From: Bdellovibrionales bacterium
GTDB lineage: Bacteria > Bdellovibrionota > Bdellovibrionia > Bdellovibrionales > UBA1609
Assembly (NCBI GenBank): GCA_041690295.1
Contig: JAWLHR010000001.1
Span: 32,001 to 96,000 of the forward strand
Reading direction: 5' to 3'
DNA length: 64,000 nt
A program made the translations under genes and the position numbers. Each line of letters starts with the position of its first letter. The first letter of the stretch is position 1. Positions 26,822-36,495 of the stretch are shown here, piece after piece. The notes under the pieces were generated by a model. It saw only the letters and a list, made by a program, of their open reading frames with translations, was not told the DNA's origin and searched no databases.

Positions 26822-28555
26822 TTACCACTCAACGATCACAATCCCGTTCTGACCATCGACGCTCATGGCTCCGCCCATTCCGGCATTGTAGGTTTGCCGT
26901 AGCGTATCCAACGGCGCGCCGGAAACTTGAGGCGGCGACATAGTATCAAATGATCCATCGGCACCGGATACTCCGGCCGAACAACCATCTCCGGGTGTGG
27001 CGTTCACATAGGAGCCGAAACTGGAAGGAGATCCGGGCGAACCGTTCGTACCCATGGTTCCGCCCTGGCCGACGTTCACTGAAATGGTTTGGCCGGGGGT
27101 GAGCTGATTGACATACGCCATACCAGCACCGCCATTGCCTCCATTGCCCATCGACATGCAACCGCCGCCACCGCCTCCAATCACGATGACTTTAACCGAG
27201 CGCACACCGGTAGGTACGGTAAACGAGCCTGAAGTAGTGAAAACTTGAAGACCTTTGTCTGGGGGAGGCTCGGCTAAATCCACCCACTGGCCTTCTTGAT
27301 ATCCTTCAATTTTCTGGCTCGTCGTATTGTAACGAATCATTCCGTCCATTCCCGTGGGACGTTGCGCATTGGTTCCACTCGGGATCCGGATGGCATCCGT
27401 CATCATTCCCATATCCAAACTCACCATCGGCGCCATCGTGCCGATACCGATTCGCCCCATGGGATCAATCATCATGCGCTCAGTTCCATTCACTATAAAC
27501 CGCACGGGAAAATTATCGGTGGTTCCGATCATCATCGGAGAGCTAAAGGAGTTTCCATTATTTCTGATCAAATCAATCATCGGCTGGCAAATCCAGTTGC
27601 CGGAGCCCATTTCCCACCTTAATGTTTCCCCATCCCCACAGGGTGTACCTCCGGGCTGATAGGTCATGTAGCTGCCGGGAGAGTTCATGATCATGCCGTA
27701 TGTTGGGGGCGTTTGCGTGGTCGGCTCCCATTGATTTGTCCCGGAATTCCACATCAAAACCTGATCCGCGCCAGGAGCACTCGACGACACATTGAACCCC
27801 TGCAGTTGAGTCGCCGAGCCGCCACCGCCGCTCACCGTGCTCCAATTGAGATTTCCCGAACCATCCGTCGTTAAAACCTGATTGGGAGATCCCAGCGTCG
27901 GAGGCAAGGTGTACACCGCGTTCGAGCCGAGAAACGCCGGCGCACGTAACGCGACATAATTCGCGCTGGTGCTATCGCCGAATCGAATCTCTTTTTGATT
28001 GTTGAACTGAAGGAACCCGTCCAAAAACGCAGATCCCTCTTTAGTGACCAAATCCGATATCCCATATCCCTGCACCGAATCCGCCACTGTGGCGAACGGA
28101 ACCGAACTTAAAGAGAAATCCGGCGAAAGTACGGTGGATCCATTCACGGTGACGCGTAGATTCCGCGTGTGACCGGGAGAGGGCGTGTAACCGGGCGTAC
28201 AGTTCGGAGATCCAGTTCCGCGCAACACTGAACTATTGCTGAAAATGTTTCCCCAACTCAATCCGCCATCGACCGAGGATGAGGCCCGGGTGCCGGTTCC
28301 CACCTTCACGGAAAAAGCACCGGCCGGATCCAAATTCACCGACGCGTGAGTTTCTTCAAAGAGCAAACAGGATCCGGTAGGATCATAAATTTGGAATTTC
28401 AACGAAACCGGTCCCGACATCGGCGTGCCCGAGGGATCGTTCAGTAGAAAACCTTCAAAATTGAAATTGGTGGGGCCCGTATAAACCGCGAACGCCGGAA
28501 GCCCGATCAAGGCGCCCGCGATCATCATTAGCCAACGTACAAATCTCGATCCCAT
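26822..28555 (-). CDS. Secreted phage-tail-fibre-like adhesin with a C-terminal glycine-rich domain
   Basis: Signal peptide; N-terminal FEGFLL...FQIYDP...CLLFEETH module; SVPFA; QVLTTDGSGNLNW; GRIGIGT; GMIRYN; FTTSGSFTVPTGV...GGGGGG...GIVIVEW. Confidence 0.8.
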   Translation of the reverse strand: MGSRFVRWLMMIAGALIGLPAFAVYTGPTNFNFEGFLLNDPSGTPMSGPVSLKFQIYDPTGSCLLFEETHASVNLDPAGAFSVKVGTGTRASSSVDGGLSWGNIFSNSSVLRGTGSPNCTPGYTPSPGHTRNLRVTVNGSTVLSPDFSLSSVPFATVADSVQGYGISDLVTKEGSAFLDGFLQFNNQKEIRFGDSTSANYVALRAPAFLGSNAVYTLPPTLGSPNQVLTTDGSGNLNWSTVSGGGGSATQLQGFNVSSSAPGADQVLMWNSGTNQWEPTTQTPPTYGMIMNSPGSYMTYQPGGTPCGDGETLRWEMGSGNWICQPMIDLIRNNGNSFSSPMMIGTTDNFPVRFIVNGTERMMIDPMGRIGIGTMAPMVSLDMGMMTDAIRIPSGTNAQRPTGMDGMIRYNTTSQKIEGYQEGQWVDLAEPPPDKGLQVFTTSGSFTVPTGVRSVKVIVIGGGGGGCMSMGNGGNGGAGMAYVNQLTPGQTISVNVGQGGTMGTNGSPGSPSSFGSYVNATPGDGCSAGVSGADGSFDTMSPPQVSGAPLDTLRQTYNAGMGGAMSVDGQNGIVIVEW

Positions 28556-28568
28556 GACCCTTACTCCT

Positions 28569-29252
28569 TTATTCGGTCACCAATTGAATGCCGCCGCCGC
28601 TGGCGCGACCCCTTGACGGCCGGCCCGCTCCCCCGATCAATTTGATTCCGCCACCGGTCGCGATTTGGCGACCAAGGGTCACGGAAAACCCTGGCGGGTT
28701 CTGCTGACCCGGCTGTGCCGTGCACGCCATCGGCAGGGATAACTGTTGAGCGAGGTGATTGCTTAAACCGGGAAAGTCCGCCGTGATTTCCACGACCGTG
28801 ACATCATTGGACGTGTCCACCGGGAAAGCGCTCCCAATTTTATAAATTGAAGTGAGCTGCGACGGCGGAATTATCGCCGCGAAAACCGGACACGGCAGGT
28901 CCTGTCCCGGGCTCTGCAAAAAAGCGAAGAGTTCAATTTTGCGGTCTTTACCTTTTGGAACCTGCATTTCTATCATTGCCCCCGGCTCGACAAAACCGGC
29001 GCGAAGCCCGGTGGGCGGCGCGCAGATATGAGACGGGCTCATCGTGATTCCCGGCCCGGTCACACTGACGGCATAACAGGCCTTCCGGTCACTGGGTAAC
29101 GCCGCCATGGAACCCACCCCGCCGGATTTCCGCGACATATTCGCGGCCTTCGGGACTCTGATTGTTATGGTCGAGGTTTGGCTCGCCTGTCTTTGGCAAC
29201 CTAAAGAAAAGATGGAAGCAGCAATGAAAAGAGATATCCGCCAACGTCCCAT
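28569..29252 (-). CDS. Hypothetical lipoprotein, co-oriented 13 bp upstream of the adhesin
   Basis: Lipobox SLGC; ATG 29252 with AAGG upstream; Gly-rich beta-like C-terminus. Confidence 0.72.
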   Translation of the reverse strand: MGRWRISLFIAASIFSLGCQRQASQTSTITIRVPKAANMSRKSGGVGSMAALPSDRKACYAVSVTGPGITMSPSHICAPPTGLRAGFVEPGAMIEMQVPKGKDRKIELFAFLQSPGQDLPCPVFAAIIPPSQLTSIYKIGSAFPVDTSNDVTVVEITADFPGLSNHLAQQLSLPMACTAQPGQQNPPGFSVTLGRQIATGGGIKLIGGAGRPSRGRASGGGIQLVTE

Positions 29253-29374
29253 ATGACCTTTCAATTTTCGGAATTCAGAAATATTGTTCGACATTTCCAA
29301 GGCTGAACTGAAGTCTCATTCCGGGATTGAAACAGGTTTTCCCAAAACGATGGGTTCAGCGGTCAAAATGAATC

Positions 29375-29401
29375 AAGCCCGCCGGAGGTCCCGGCGGGTT
29401 T
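29375..29401 (-). terminator. Probable terminator of the flagellar operon
   Basis: CCCGCCGG-5 nt-CCGGCGGG stem just after the flgE stop; weak U tail. Confidence 0.65.
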
Positions 29402-29414
29402 AAAGGTCGGAAAA

Positions 29415-30701
29415 TTATCGTTTCAAGTTGATCACTTCACCTAACAGCTCGTCGGTGGTCGTGATCGTCTTGGCATTGGCCTGGAATCCTCTCTGATTTT
29501 GGATCAGGTTCACGAATTCCAACGCCAGGTCGACGGTTGATCGCTCCAAAGACTTGGCGAAGATCTTTCCGCGTCCCGCGCGTCCAGGAGCACCCAGGGC
29601 GGGAGCACCGGAATCACGGGCTTCTTTCAAGCGGTTGTTACCGACTTTGAACATGGCCTCGGGATTTTCGAACTTGGCCAAGGCGATTTGCGCGATATCG
29701 CGGGTTTCACCGTTCGAGTAAAGCGCGGTCAAGATGCCTTCGTCATTGAAGGACAAGTTGTTGATCGTACCGGCCGCGGCACCGTCCTGCTGCCAGCTGA
29801 TCAAGTCGGACTCTTTACCGTACTGCTTGGAGCCGTCGATACCAAGACCTTTGTCGGTGGTGAGTGAATCACCAAAGTCGATCTTGATCTGTTGGTTCTG
29901 CAAAGCACCGCCCTTGAAGTTGAAGGCGGAAACGGTCTGAGTTTCAGTGTCCAGCTTGCCGTCCACCGTGAAGGTGATCGTACCCGCGCAAACCTGAGCC
30001 ATTCCATCCTCGGGAGCGCCGGTGACCTCTTTGCCGTCAACCATACCGTAGTAGTTCCAAGTGCGGTCGGCTGTCTTGACGAAGAACATATTCATCAAGT
30101 GCTTGTTACCCTGCGAATCGTAAATCTCAATACCCGTCGAGTAGTGAGAGGAGTCATAGGGGTTCTTGGGATCGAATGTTTTCAAGTTCTGAACCCGGGA
30201 ATCCAGGTTCAGGTCGAGACGAACGAGGCTTGTCGGCCGCGCGGGAACAAGAGCGCGGGGGAATCTAATGTCCCCGATCCGATTCTGAATCTTGCCGTTG
30301 TCGTCCGCCTGGAATCCCTGCACCCGCTGGAAGTCGTTGGTGATCAGGTATCCTTCTTTGTCGAACTTGAACGATCCGTCACGGGTGTATGAATCCCCAT
30401 CGGAACCTTTCAACGTGAAGTAACCGTCACCGGCGATCGCCAAGTCGGTGACTTTCTCGGTGGCGTCCACGTTACCTTGAATGAGGATCGGGTTCACCGC
30501 GCCGATCTTCACACCGCGACCGATCTGGTTACCGCCGAGGATCCCTTTCAAACTTTTAGCGACGATGTCCTGAAATTCCGCCCGTGAGGCTTTGAAACCG
30601 GTGGTGTTGGCGTTGGCGATGTTATCACCAATCACACCCAACGCTTCACCTTGTGAGGTTAAACCGGAGACACCGGTATATAGAGACGAGAGAACTCCCA
30701 T
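29415..30701 (-). CDS. flgE: Flagellar hook protein FlgE
   Basis: GDNIANANTTGFK, DLAIAGDGYF, YTRDGSF, IYDSQG, LERSTVDL...QRGFQANAK; GGAGG RBS before ATG 30701. Confidence 0.96.
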   Translation of the reverse strand: MGVLSSLYTGVSGLTSQGEALGVIGDNIANANTTGFKASRAEFQDIVAKSLKGILGGNQIGRGVKIGAVNPILIQGNVDATEKVTDLAIAGDGYFTLKGSDGDSYTRDGSFKFDKEGYLITNDFQRVQGFQADDNGKIQNRIGDIRFPRALVPARPTSLVRLDLNLDSRVQNLKTFDPKNPYDSSHYSTGIEIYDSQGNKHLMNMFFVKTADRTWNYYGMVDGKEVTGAPEDGMAQVCAGTITFTVDGKLDTETQTVSAFNFKGGALQNQQIKIDFGDSLTTDKGLGIDGSKQYGKESDLISWQQDGAAAGTINNLSFNDEGILTALYSNGETRDIAQIALAKFENPEAMFKVGNNRLKEARDSGAPALGAPGRAGRGKIFAKSLERSTVDLALEFVNLIQNQRGFQANAKTITTTDELLGEVINLKR

Positions 30702-30788
30702 ATAAGACCTCCATGTCTTACGTCCACCGGCCATCCTAGCCGATGAGAATGAAGGGCCCCCTCAATGAGGACCAGCCCTGGTTATTCT

Positions 30789-31202
30789 TTAATAAAAAAC
30801 CGCGGCGTCGATGTTGGTGAAGACGTTCTCCTTGAGCGCCGTCTTATCCATCACCGTCACAACTGTTTTATCTTTCAAACTCACTATCAATGCCGACTGA
30901 TCGCCCAACAGCAGGCAATCTTTGGCGCCTTTCGCATCCGCTTTCGCCACGGCTTGGCCGATCCTGGCCAGGTCATCCGGCGAAAAACGAATACCCCGCG
31001 ACCGCATCCGGTCCACGGCGTGATTGGAAAATTTCAATCCGGCTGGGGACTGCGCACCTCCCTTTATGGCGTCCGGTTTGGACGGCAGAATTGAATTCAG
31101 CGTTCGGCTGAATTCACCCGCCTCACCCGGGATTGACCCGTTTTGAGGTCGGATTAGCTCGCCGCCGATTGGCCGAATGCCATTGAAGTTCACGCTCTTC
31201 AT
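30789..31202 (-). CDS. Flagellar operon protein (TIGR02530-like)
   Basis: LKFSNHAVDRMRSRGI...KG...TVVTVMD...NVFTNIDAAV; lies between flgD and flgE. Confidence 0.85.
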   Translation of the reverse strand: MKSVNFNGIRPIGGELIRPQNGSIPGEAGEFSRTLNSILPSKPDAIKGGAQSPAGLKFSNHAVDRMRSRGIRFSPDDLARIGQAVAKADAKGAKDCLLLGDQSALIVSLKDKTVVTVMDKTALKENVFTNIDAAVFY

Positions 31203-32200
31203 CAGCCCATCCCCGCTTTCGCGCCGGCTTTGTTCAGCTGATTGATCAAACCCTGGGCCATGGCGGCGTCATTCAAATTTCCAGACTTCAACTTCGCGGC
31301 TTTGTCGGCGTTGGCTTTCGTTTCCGGTTTCACCGTGACTTTCTTAGAGTCCGCTTCGGGTTCGGATTTAGCCGCGAAAACCGGACCGCTCTCCGCGATA
31401 TTCGGATCGCTGATGGACTTCACATCCGACAGATTCACCACTTGTTTGCCGATAAGAAGCTGCGGACCCTTGGCGGTGAAATTCACGCCGGAAATCACGC
31501 CCTCGGTTTTTGTTTCAACAAAGAGTTTGCGGCCGTTGCTGCCCAACGCCTCAATTGAAGCCGTGTATTCGCCGGCGGGAGCGGGACGACCGTCTTCCAT
31601 CATGCCGTTCCAACTGATTTCGTTTTTGCCGGACTTCAAGTTTCTCACTTCCAGTTTCCGGACCACGGCGCCATTGGCGTCCTTGATTTCCATGGTCACT
31701 TTCTGAGCGTCACGCGCCAAATTGAAGCGGACGTCGTGGCGATCGTCCTCTCCCGTTCGGGTGATCTTGCTGTTGTCCGTGGTGATGGACTTACCGATGA
31801 ACGACAGCGCCTGGAAGTTATGATCCGGGCGCTGATCCTTGCGCAATCCCTCAATGGAGTCATTGATGTTGTGCAATTTCTCCAACGAAGTGAACTGGGC
31901 CAACTGCGCCGCCATTTCATGGCTTTTCAGCGGATTGGTGGGGTCCTGATTCTTCATCTGCGTGAGCAGCAGATTCATGAACGCGTCTTTGTCCAACTGG
32001 TTGTTGCCCACGGTCCGCATTTTTTTTGATTCATCGATGTAGTTGGGATCGGCCACCTTGTTCAGGATGTCGCCGATGTTCTCGTTTTCAAAATGCTTTT
32101 GCCGGTCACTGGCGCTCATGGTTTGCACGTTATCGGATTTAAAATCCGTACGTTGCGGTGAATTCGACCAAGTTTGAGTGCCCGTCTTCACGCCGATCAT
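31202..32200 (-). CDS. flgD: Flagellar hook capping protein FlgD
   Basis: LDKDAFMNLLLTQMKNQDPTNP...AQLAQFTSLE; FlgD-Ig-like SWNGMMEDG. Confidence 0.95.
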   Translation of the reverse strand: MIGVKTGTQTWSNSPQRTDFKSDNVQTMSASDRQKHFENENIGDILNKVADPNYIDESKKMRTVGNNQLDKDAFMNLLLTQMKNQDPTNPLKSHEMAAQLAQFTSLEKLHNINDSIEGLRKDQRPDHNFQALSFIGKSITTDNSKITRTGEDDRHDVRFNLARDAQKVTMEIKDANGAVVRKLEVRNLKSGKNEISWNGMMEDGRPAPAGEYTASIEALGSNGRKLFVETKTEGVISGVNFTAKGPQLLIGKQVVNLSDVKSISDPNIAESGPVFAAKSEPEADSKKVTVKPETKANADKAAKLKSGNLNDAAMAQGLINQLNKAGAKAGMG

Positions 32201-33970
32201 TTACGCTACCAGGTCCAGCCGGCGAGAGCTGGCCCGCCGGGTTGGGGTTGAAGGCGCGCTGATGTCCCGATGAGCATCACTTTGGCTCTTGTAAACGCGC
32301 GCGCCCGGGACTTCGAAAAAGCTTCGGCGCCATCCCTGATGGTCTTGCCGGAATTGCTCAAGAGTTTGTTGCGCCAACTGGCGTTGGGCGTCCTGATATT
32401 GTTGTTCCAACTGCTTGCCAAGATTCGTGGCCGTATCGATTTTGATGGATTCAACCTGCAATTGATTGCCGGCCAGTTGTGTTTTCAGCTCGCCCAGTTC
32501 ACGCTCAATCAATTTCTTCGCCTCGTCACTTTCGGTGATCATCTGCACGTTCACTTTGCCTTGATCCACGCTCACGCGCATGGCGACCTCACCCAAACCT
32601 TCGGGCTTAAGGGTGACCTTCATTTCGCCGCCACCGGAATGAACCATCACGCGCGCGTTCTGCACGAGATCAGGGACTGTGACTTCCATGGGCGACTGAT
32701 TCTGCAACTGAGTGGCGAATTCCGATGTCATTGGACGCTCGGAAACCGTCTGACTTTCCGGATTCCATGCTGCGCCCAAGAAGGAAGCGTCCCTGGTGAA
32801 GTCATGTTCTTCCTCGCGCCCGCCGGTGAACTTCGGAGCCACGCTCACCAGCTGATCCGCCACCGCTTCAAAGGGCTTGCCACCGTCGCTGGCCAGGTCA
32901 CGAACTTCGGGAATATCGAGTTCGGGCGCGGGGGTGGCGGCTTCCGCTTGATTCATCAATTGGGATGCGAATTCATTTTGAGGCTGAACCTGAGCCTGGG
33001 CCCGGGCCTGTGTCGGGGCCTGAGCTTGCGGCGCCGTGAAGTTTTTCAAGAGCGCTTCCACGTCAGCGGACGGCGGCTCATTGTTTTTCACGGCCTGCAT
33101 TTTCTCAACGATTTGATTCAACCCCGCGCTCAACTGTGGATCCAACTGAGGCTTGGAACTATCGAACTCGACCTCGCGGCCTTGGTTCATCTCCGGAGAC
33201 GCCGCTCGCGGGCCCTCCGAGACCAGCGTGCGAGGCGCCGAGTTCATGAAAAAATTCTGATTCATGTGATCGATGTTTCGATCGATGTTTCTTCGTGTCA
33301 GCTCACGTTGACTCATCAGAGTCAGCGAAATTTGCTTTTCGGAATTTTTAAGTTCCTCACCCAAAGATTTCGGCTGAGTGCGATCGATCAGCTGCAGAAA
33401 ATATTGCTTCGCCAGTTGCGCCTGCTGATCCGAAAGCCCCAAGGCCATGACAACTTTATCAACCGTTTGGGTCGGCGGTTTGGCCAGGTCTTCCTCGCTC
33501 AGCGAGGTGAACGCGTTCAACACATCCTCGGCGGTGACGCCGAGTTCTTCTTTCATCTTTCTTAAGAAATCATTCCAGACCACCCGTCGCGTGAGGGCGT
33601 CCACCACCTGTTCCACATCACCGGCTTTTGTTTGAACCTTGGCCACCGCTTGGCTGAAGATCGGTTGCGGCGGCAAGTTCAACAGCCGATCTCCGATGGG
33701 CGTTGCATCCAAAGCCGGTGCTCCGGGGTAACCCGGCAAAGCCTGTGCCGATGTGTCGCCGGTGGGAAGTGCTGAAGCTTGATTGTTATTGTAGGCCGTC
33801 ACTTGTCCAGCGGCGGCGGGTGTGGGCGCGGATGTGGACGCCGGAGCGGTGGCCAATCCCAAGAGGTCCCCAAAAGAGGATTCGCCCCCCTGACCTTGGG
33901 AGGCGTTTCCACCGGCCTGCGGGCCGAGGAAAACTGGGAAGTTGTTAAGGCCACTCACATTCATCGTCAA
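32201..33970 (-). CDS. fliK: Flagellar hook-length control protein FliK
   Basis: C-terminal LKPEGLGEV motif, low-complexity N-terminus, position before flgD. Confidence 0.88.
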   Translation of the reverse strand: MTMNVSGLNNFPVFLGPQAGGNASQGQGGESSFGDLLGLATAPASTSAPTPAAAGQVTAYNNNQASALPTGDTSAQALPGYPGAPALDATPIGDRLLNLPPQPIFSQAVAKVQTKAGDVEQVVDALTRRVVWNDFLRKMKEELGVTAEDVLNAFTSLSEEDLAKPPTQTVDKVVMALGLSDQQAQLAKQYFLQLIDRTQPKSLGEELKNSEKQISLTLMSQRELTRRNIDRNIDHMNQNFFMNSAPRTLVSEGPRAASPEMNQGREVEFDSSKPQLDPQLSAGLNQIVEKMQAVKNNEPPSADVEALLKNFTAPQAQAPTQARAQAQVQPQNEFASQLMNQAEAATPAPELDIPEVRDLASDGGKPFEAVADQLVSVAPKFTGGREEEHDFTRDASFLGAAWNPESQTVSERPMTSEFATQLQNQSPMEVTVPDLVQNARVMVHSGGGEMKVTLKPEGLGEVAMRVSVDQGKVNVQMITESDEAKKLIERELGELKTQLAGNQLQVESIKIDTATNLGKQLEQQYQDAQRQLAQQTLEQFRQDHQGWRRSFFEVPGARVYKSQSDAHRDISAPSTPTRRASSRRLDLVA

Positions 33971-33971
33971 T

Positions 33972-34730
33972 CTATCCTTTATCCGCCAATGTGCGCCGGT
34001 ATCCGGTGTATTTTTCCGAAAGGACCTTCGCCTTTTCAGGAGGCAACAAGTTCATAATTTCGGCGGCACTCTTCTTTTTCATCTTCGCCAAAACTTCGAC
34101 CGCAAGGTCCTCGTTGATTGAACCCAGAATCTCCGCGGCCTGCTTCGGTTTCATGTTCGAGTACAAATCCACCAACTTGTTCACCTTCTCCTGGTCGACC
34201 TCGACTCGATCCTTCAGGATCTGCGAGATCTCGTTACGCATCCGTTCCAATTGCACGATGCGCTTGTCGAGCTCGACTTTTTGTCTTTGCAATTCTTCTT
34301 CCAACTGGGCCAATTCCTTTTCGCGCAGGTCGAGTTCCTCTTTTCTTTGGCGCAATTTATTGAAATGGCTGAGTTCTTCCGCGACGGGAACAGTTTCGTC
34401 CCCACCTGGCTTCTTGGCCTGGTCGGTTTTTTCGACGGCAGGTTTTTCCGCCTTGGAAGGTTTTGGCCGGGATTTTTCTGCCGGTTCGTTTTGCGCGCGA
34501 GCCGCGCCGAACGCATGAATTTCTATGCGATCAATGAAAGACTCCACCTTGTCAGGCGCGGCCAGATAAAAGCCGAGCACGGCCAAAGTGACGGACATTC
34601 CCACGGCGGACCGCCAGGGAAACGGCGGAGGGGTCTTTCGTTTCTTCTTGGGCATAAGCGCCTGCCGAAGCCGCTCTTCGGACTTAATGTCTTGAGCCGC
34701 CTTGAAGAACTGCTTATAGCCGTTGTTCAT
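33972..34730 (-). CDS. Flagellar MotE/FlbB-like protein (MgtE_N-like domain)
   Basis: TM, coiled coil, LVDLYSNMKPKQAAEIL...MKKKSAAEIM. Confidence 0.78.
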   Translation of the reverse strand: MNNGYKQFFKAAQDIKSEERLRQALMPKKKRKTPPPFPWRSAVGMSVTLAVLGFYLAAPDKVESFIDRIEIHAFGAARAQNEPAEKSRPKPSKAEKPAVEKTDQAKKPGGDETVPVAEELSHFNKLRQRKEELDLREKELAQLEEELQRQKVELDKRIVQLERMRNEISQILKDRVEVDQEKVNKLVDLYSNMKPKQAAEILGSINEDLAVEVLAKMKKKSAAEIMNLLPPEKAKVLSEKYTGYRRTLADKG

Positions 34731-35182
34731 CTCTTCCTCCGGGCAAATCGCATATTCGTCAAATCATCAAGTTCCTTGGCTTCGATCTGGCGGAGCCGTT
34801 CCGTGTATTGAGCCATTCTCCGCTCCTTCAACTTCGCCAGAATCTTATGATCCCGGGCCGCCTCGATCAGCGCTTCCTGTTTCGCTTCCGCGATCATCAG
34901 CAGCTCACGCGCCTGCAATCGCAGCCGCTCCACCCGGATTTTTTCTCCCACCAGAAATGATTCCATCTCCCGAATCCGCTCCAGGTGTTCCGACGATCCC
35001 TGCCTTTGCGCTTCAAGGATTTCTTCTCTCACTTCGTCCATCCGTTCATACATCGCCTCGATCCGGCGCAAACACTCTTCCACCGCCGCCTGGGCTTCGA
35101 TGAACTCCCTTTGGGCGGCCTCTTCAAGCCGTTTGCGATGCTTCAATACCGCTTCAAGTCCGAAACGAAATCCCATGATCAC
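34727..35182 (-). CDS. fliJ: Flagellar export protein FliJ
   Basis: FRFGLEAVLKHRK...ELDDL; coiled coil following fliI. Confidence 0.9.
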   Translation of the reverse strand: MIMGFRFGLEAVLKHRKRLEEAAQREFIEAQAAVEECLRRIEAMYERMDEVREEILEAQRQGSSEHLERIREMESFLVGEKIRVERLRLQARELLMIAEAKQEALIEAARDHKILAKLKERRMAQYTERLRQIEAKELDDLTNMRFARRKR

Positions 35183-36492
35183 CCACCCAGGCCTAATAAC
35201 TGTGAATGGGCTTCGTCGAAGCTCGAAGACTCATCCGTCATCTGCTTCAACATCTGCTCAATCGCGCCTTCCATGCGAATGGCCTGATCGATTTTTGGAT
35301 TGGAGCCGGATTTATAAGCGCCGATGTTGATCAAATCTTCCGCTTCTTTGTAGACGGCCATCATTTCGCGCACGTGCAAGGCCTGGCGAAAATGATCCGG
35401 ATCCACCACATTGCGCATCACCCGTGAGGTGCTTTGCAAAACGTCGATCGCCGGAAAGTGGCCCTTTTGAGCCAAACTTCGCGAAAGCACGATGTGCCCG
35501 TCCACGATCGCCCGCACGGAATCGCCGATGGGATCATTCATGTCATCGCCTTCGACCAGCACCGTGTAAAGTCCGGTGATGCTTCCCTTATTGAAGTTTC
35601 CCGCCCGCTCAAGAAGCTTAGGCAACAGCGCGAACGCGCTCGGCGTGTAACCTTTGGTGGCCGGCGGTTCACCCACATTGAGTCCGATTTCCCTTTGCGC
35701 CATCGCGAAACGGGTTACGGAGTCCATGACCATCAAAACATCCCGGCCCGTCGAACAAAAATATTCCGCGATCGTCGCCGCCACGAAGGCGGCGCGAGTG
35801 CGAAGAAGGGCGCTTTGATCGCTGGTGGCCACCACGATCACTGATTTTCTCAGGCCTTCTTCACCCAGAGTGTGTTCAATGAATTCCCTGACCTCGCGGC
35901 CCCGCTCTCCCACCATCGCGATCACATTGACATCCGCGCGGGAGTTTCGCGCCATCATACCGATGAGCACGGATTTACCCACACCGCTACCGGCCATAAT
36001 GCCGACACGCTGGCCTTTGCCGAGAGTGATCAGCGAATCAATGGCGCGAACGCCGAGACTCAGCGGCTCGCGAATCGGCGGACGATCCAATGGGTTGCTC
36101 GATTCCGCGTAGATCGGCAGCTCATCGGTCAGGAACATATCGCCTTTGCCATCGATGGGCTCAACCAAGCCATTGATCACGCGGCCAAGGAGATCCTCGC
36201 CGACCGGCACGGTGGCCATATTCTTACGAACTAAAATCGTGGAACCCAAACCAATGCCGCGCATTTCTCCCAGCGGCATCAGAAGCACTTCGCGGTCTTT
36301 GAAGCCCACCACTTCGGCCAAAAATCCCGTACCGCCGGAGTGAGGCAGTATTTCGCAAATTGTACCTACGGAAACCTCGGGAATGTAGCCGCTGATCAAA
36401 AAGCCGGTCACGTGCGTGACCTTGCCTTTGTCCCGCGTGAGCTGGGCCGTTTGGAGCGCTCGCATGTATTTCTGCAGATTCAATGCTTCCAT
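35179..36492 (-). CDS. fliI: Flagellar export ATPase FliI
   Basis: AGSGVGKS, GERGRE, DSVTRFAMAQRE, LVEGDD, DGHIVLSR. Confidence 0.97.
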   Translation of the reverse strand: MEALNLQKYMRALQTAQLTRDKGKVTHVTGFLISGYIPEVSVGTICEILPHSGGTGFLAEVVGFKDREVLLMPLGEMRGIGLGSTILVRKNMATVPVGEDLLGRVINGLVEPIDGKGDMFLTDELPIYAESSNPLDRPPIREPLSLGVRAIDSLITLGKGQRVGIMAGSGVGKSVLIGMMARNSRADVNVIAMVGERGREVREFIEHTLGEEGLRKSVIVVATSDQSALLRTRAAFVAATIAEYFCSTGRDVLMVMDSVTRFAMAQREIGLNVGEPPATKGYTPSAFALLPKLLERAGNFNKGSITGLYTVLVEGDDMNDPIGDSVRAIVDGHIVLSRSLAQKGHFPAIDVLQSTSRVMRNVVDPDHFRQALHVREMMAVYKEAEDLINIGAYKSGSNPKIDQAIRMEGAIEQMLKQMTDESSSFDEAHSQLLGLGG

Positions 36493-36495
36493 TTC

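Noticed and set aside
26822..28555. Diversity-generating retroelement target explaining the odd composition
   Set aside because: No reverse transcriptase or template/variable repeat pair seen in the window.
32270..33565. 431-aa plus-strand ORF (also 36340-37320 and similar)
   Set aside because: Antisense shadows of fliK, fliH and other well-supported genes; no motifs.
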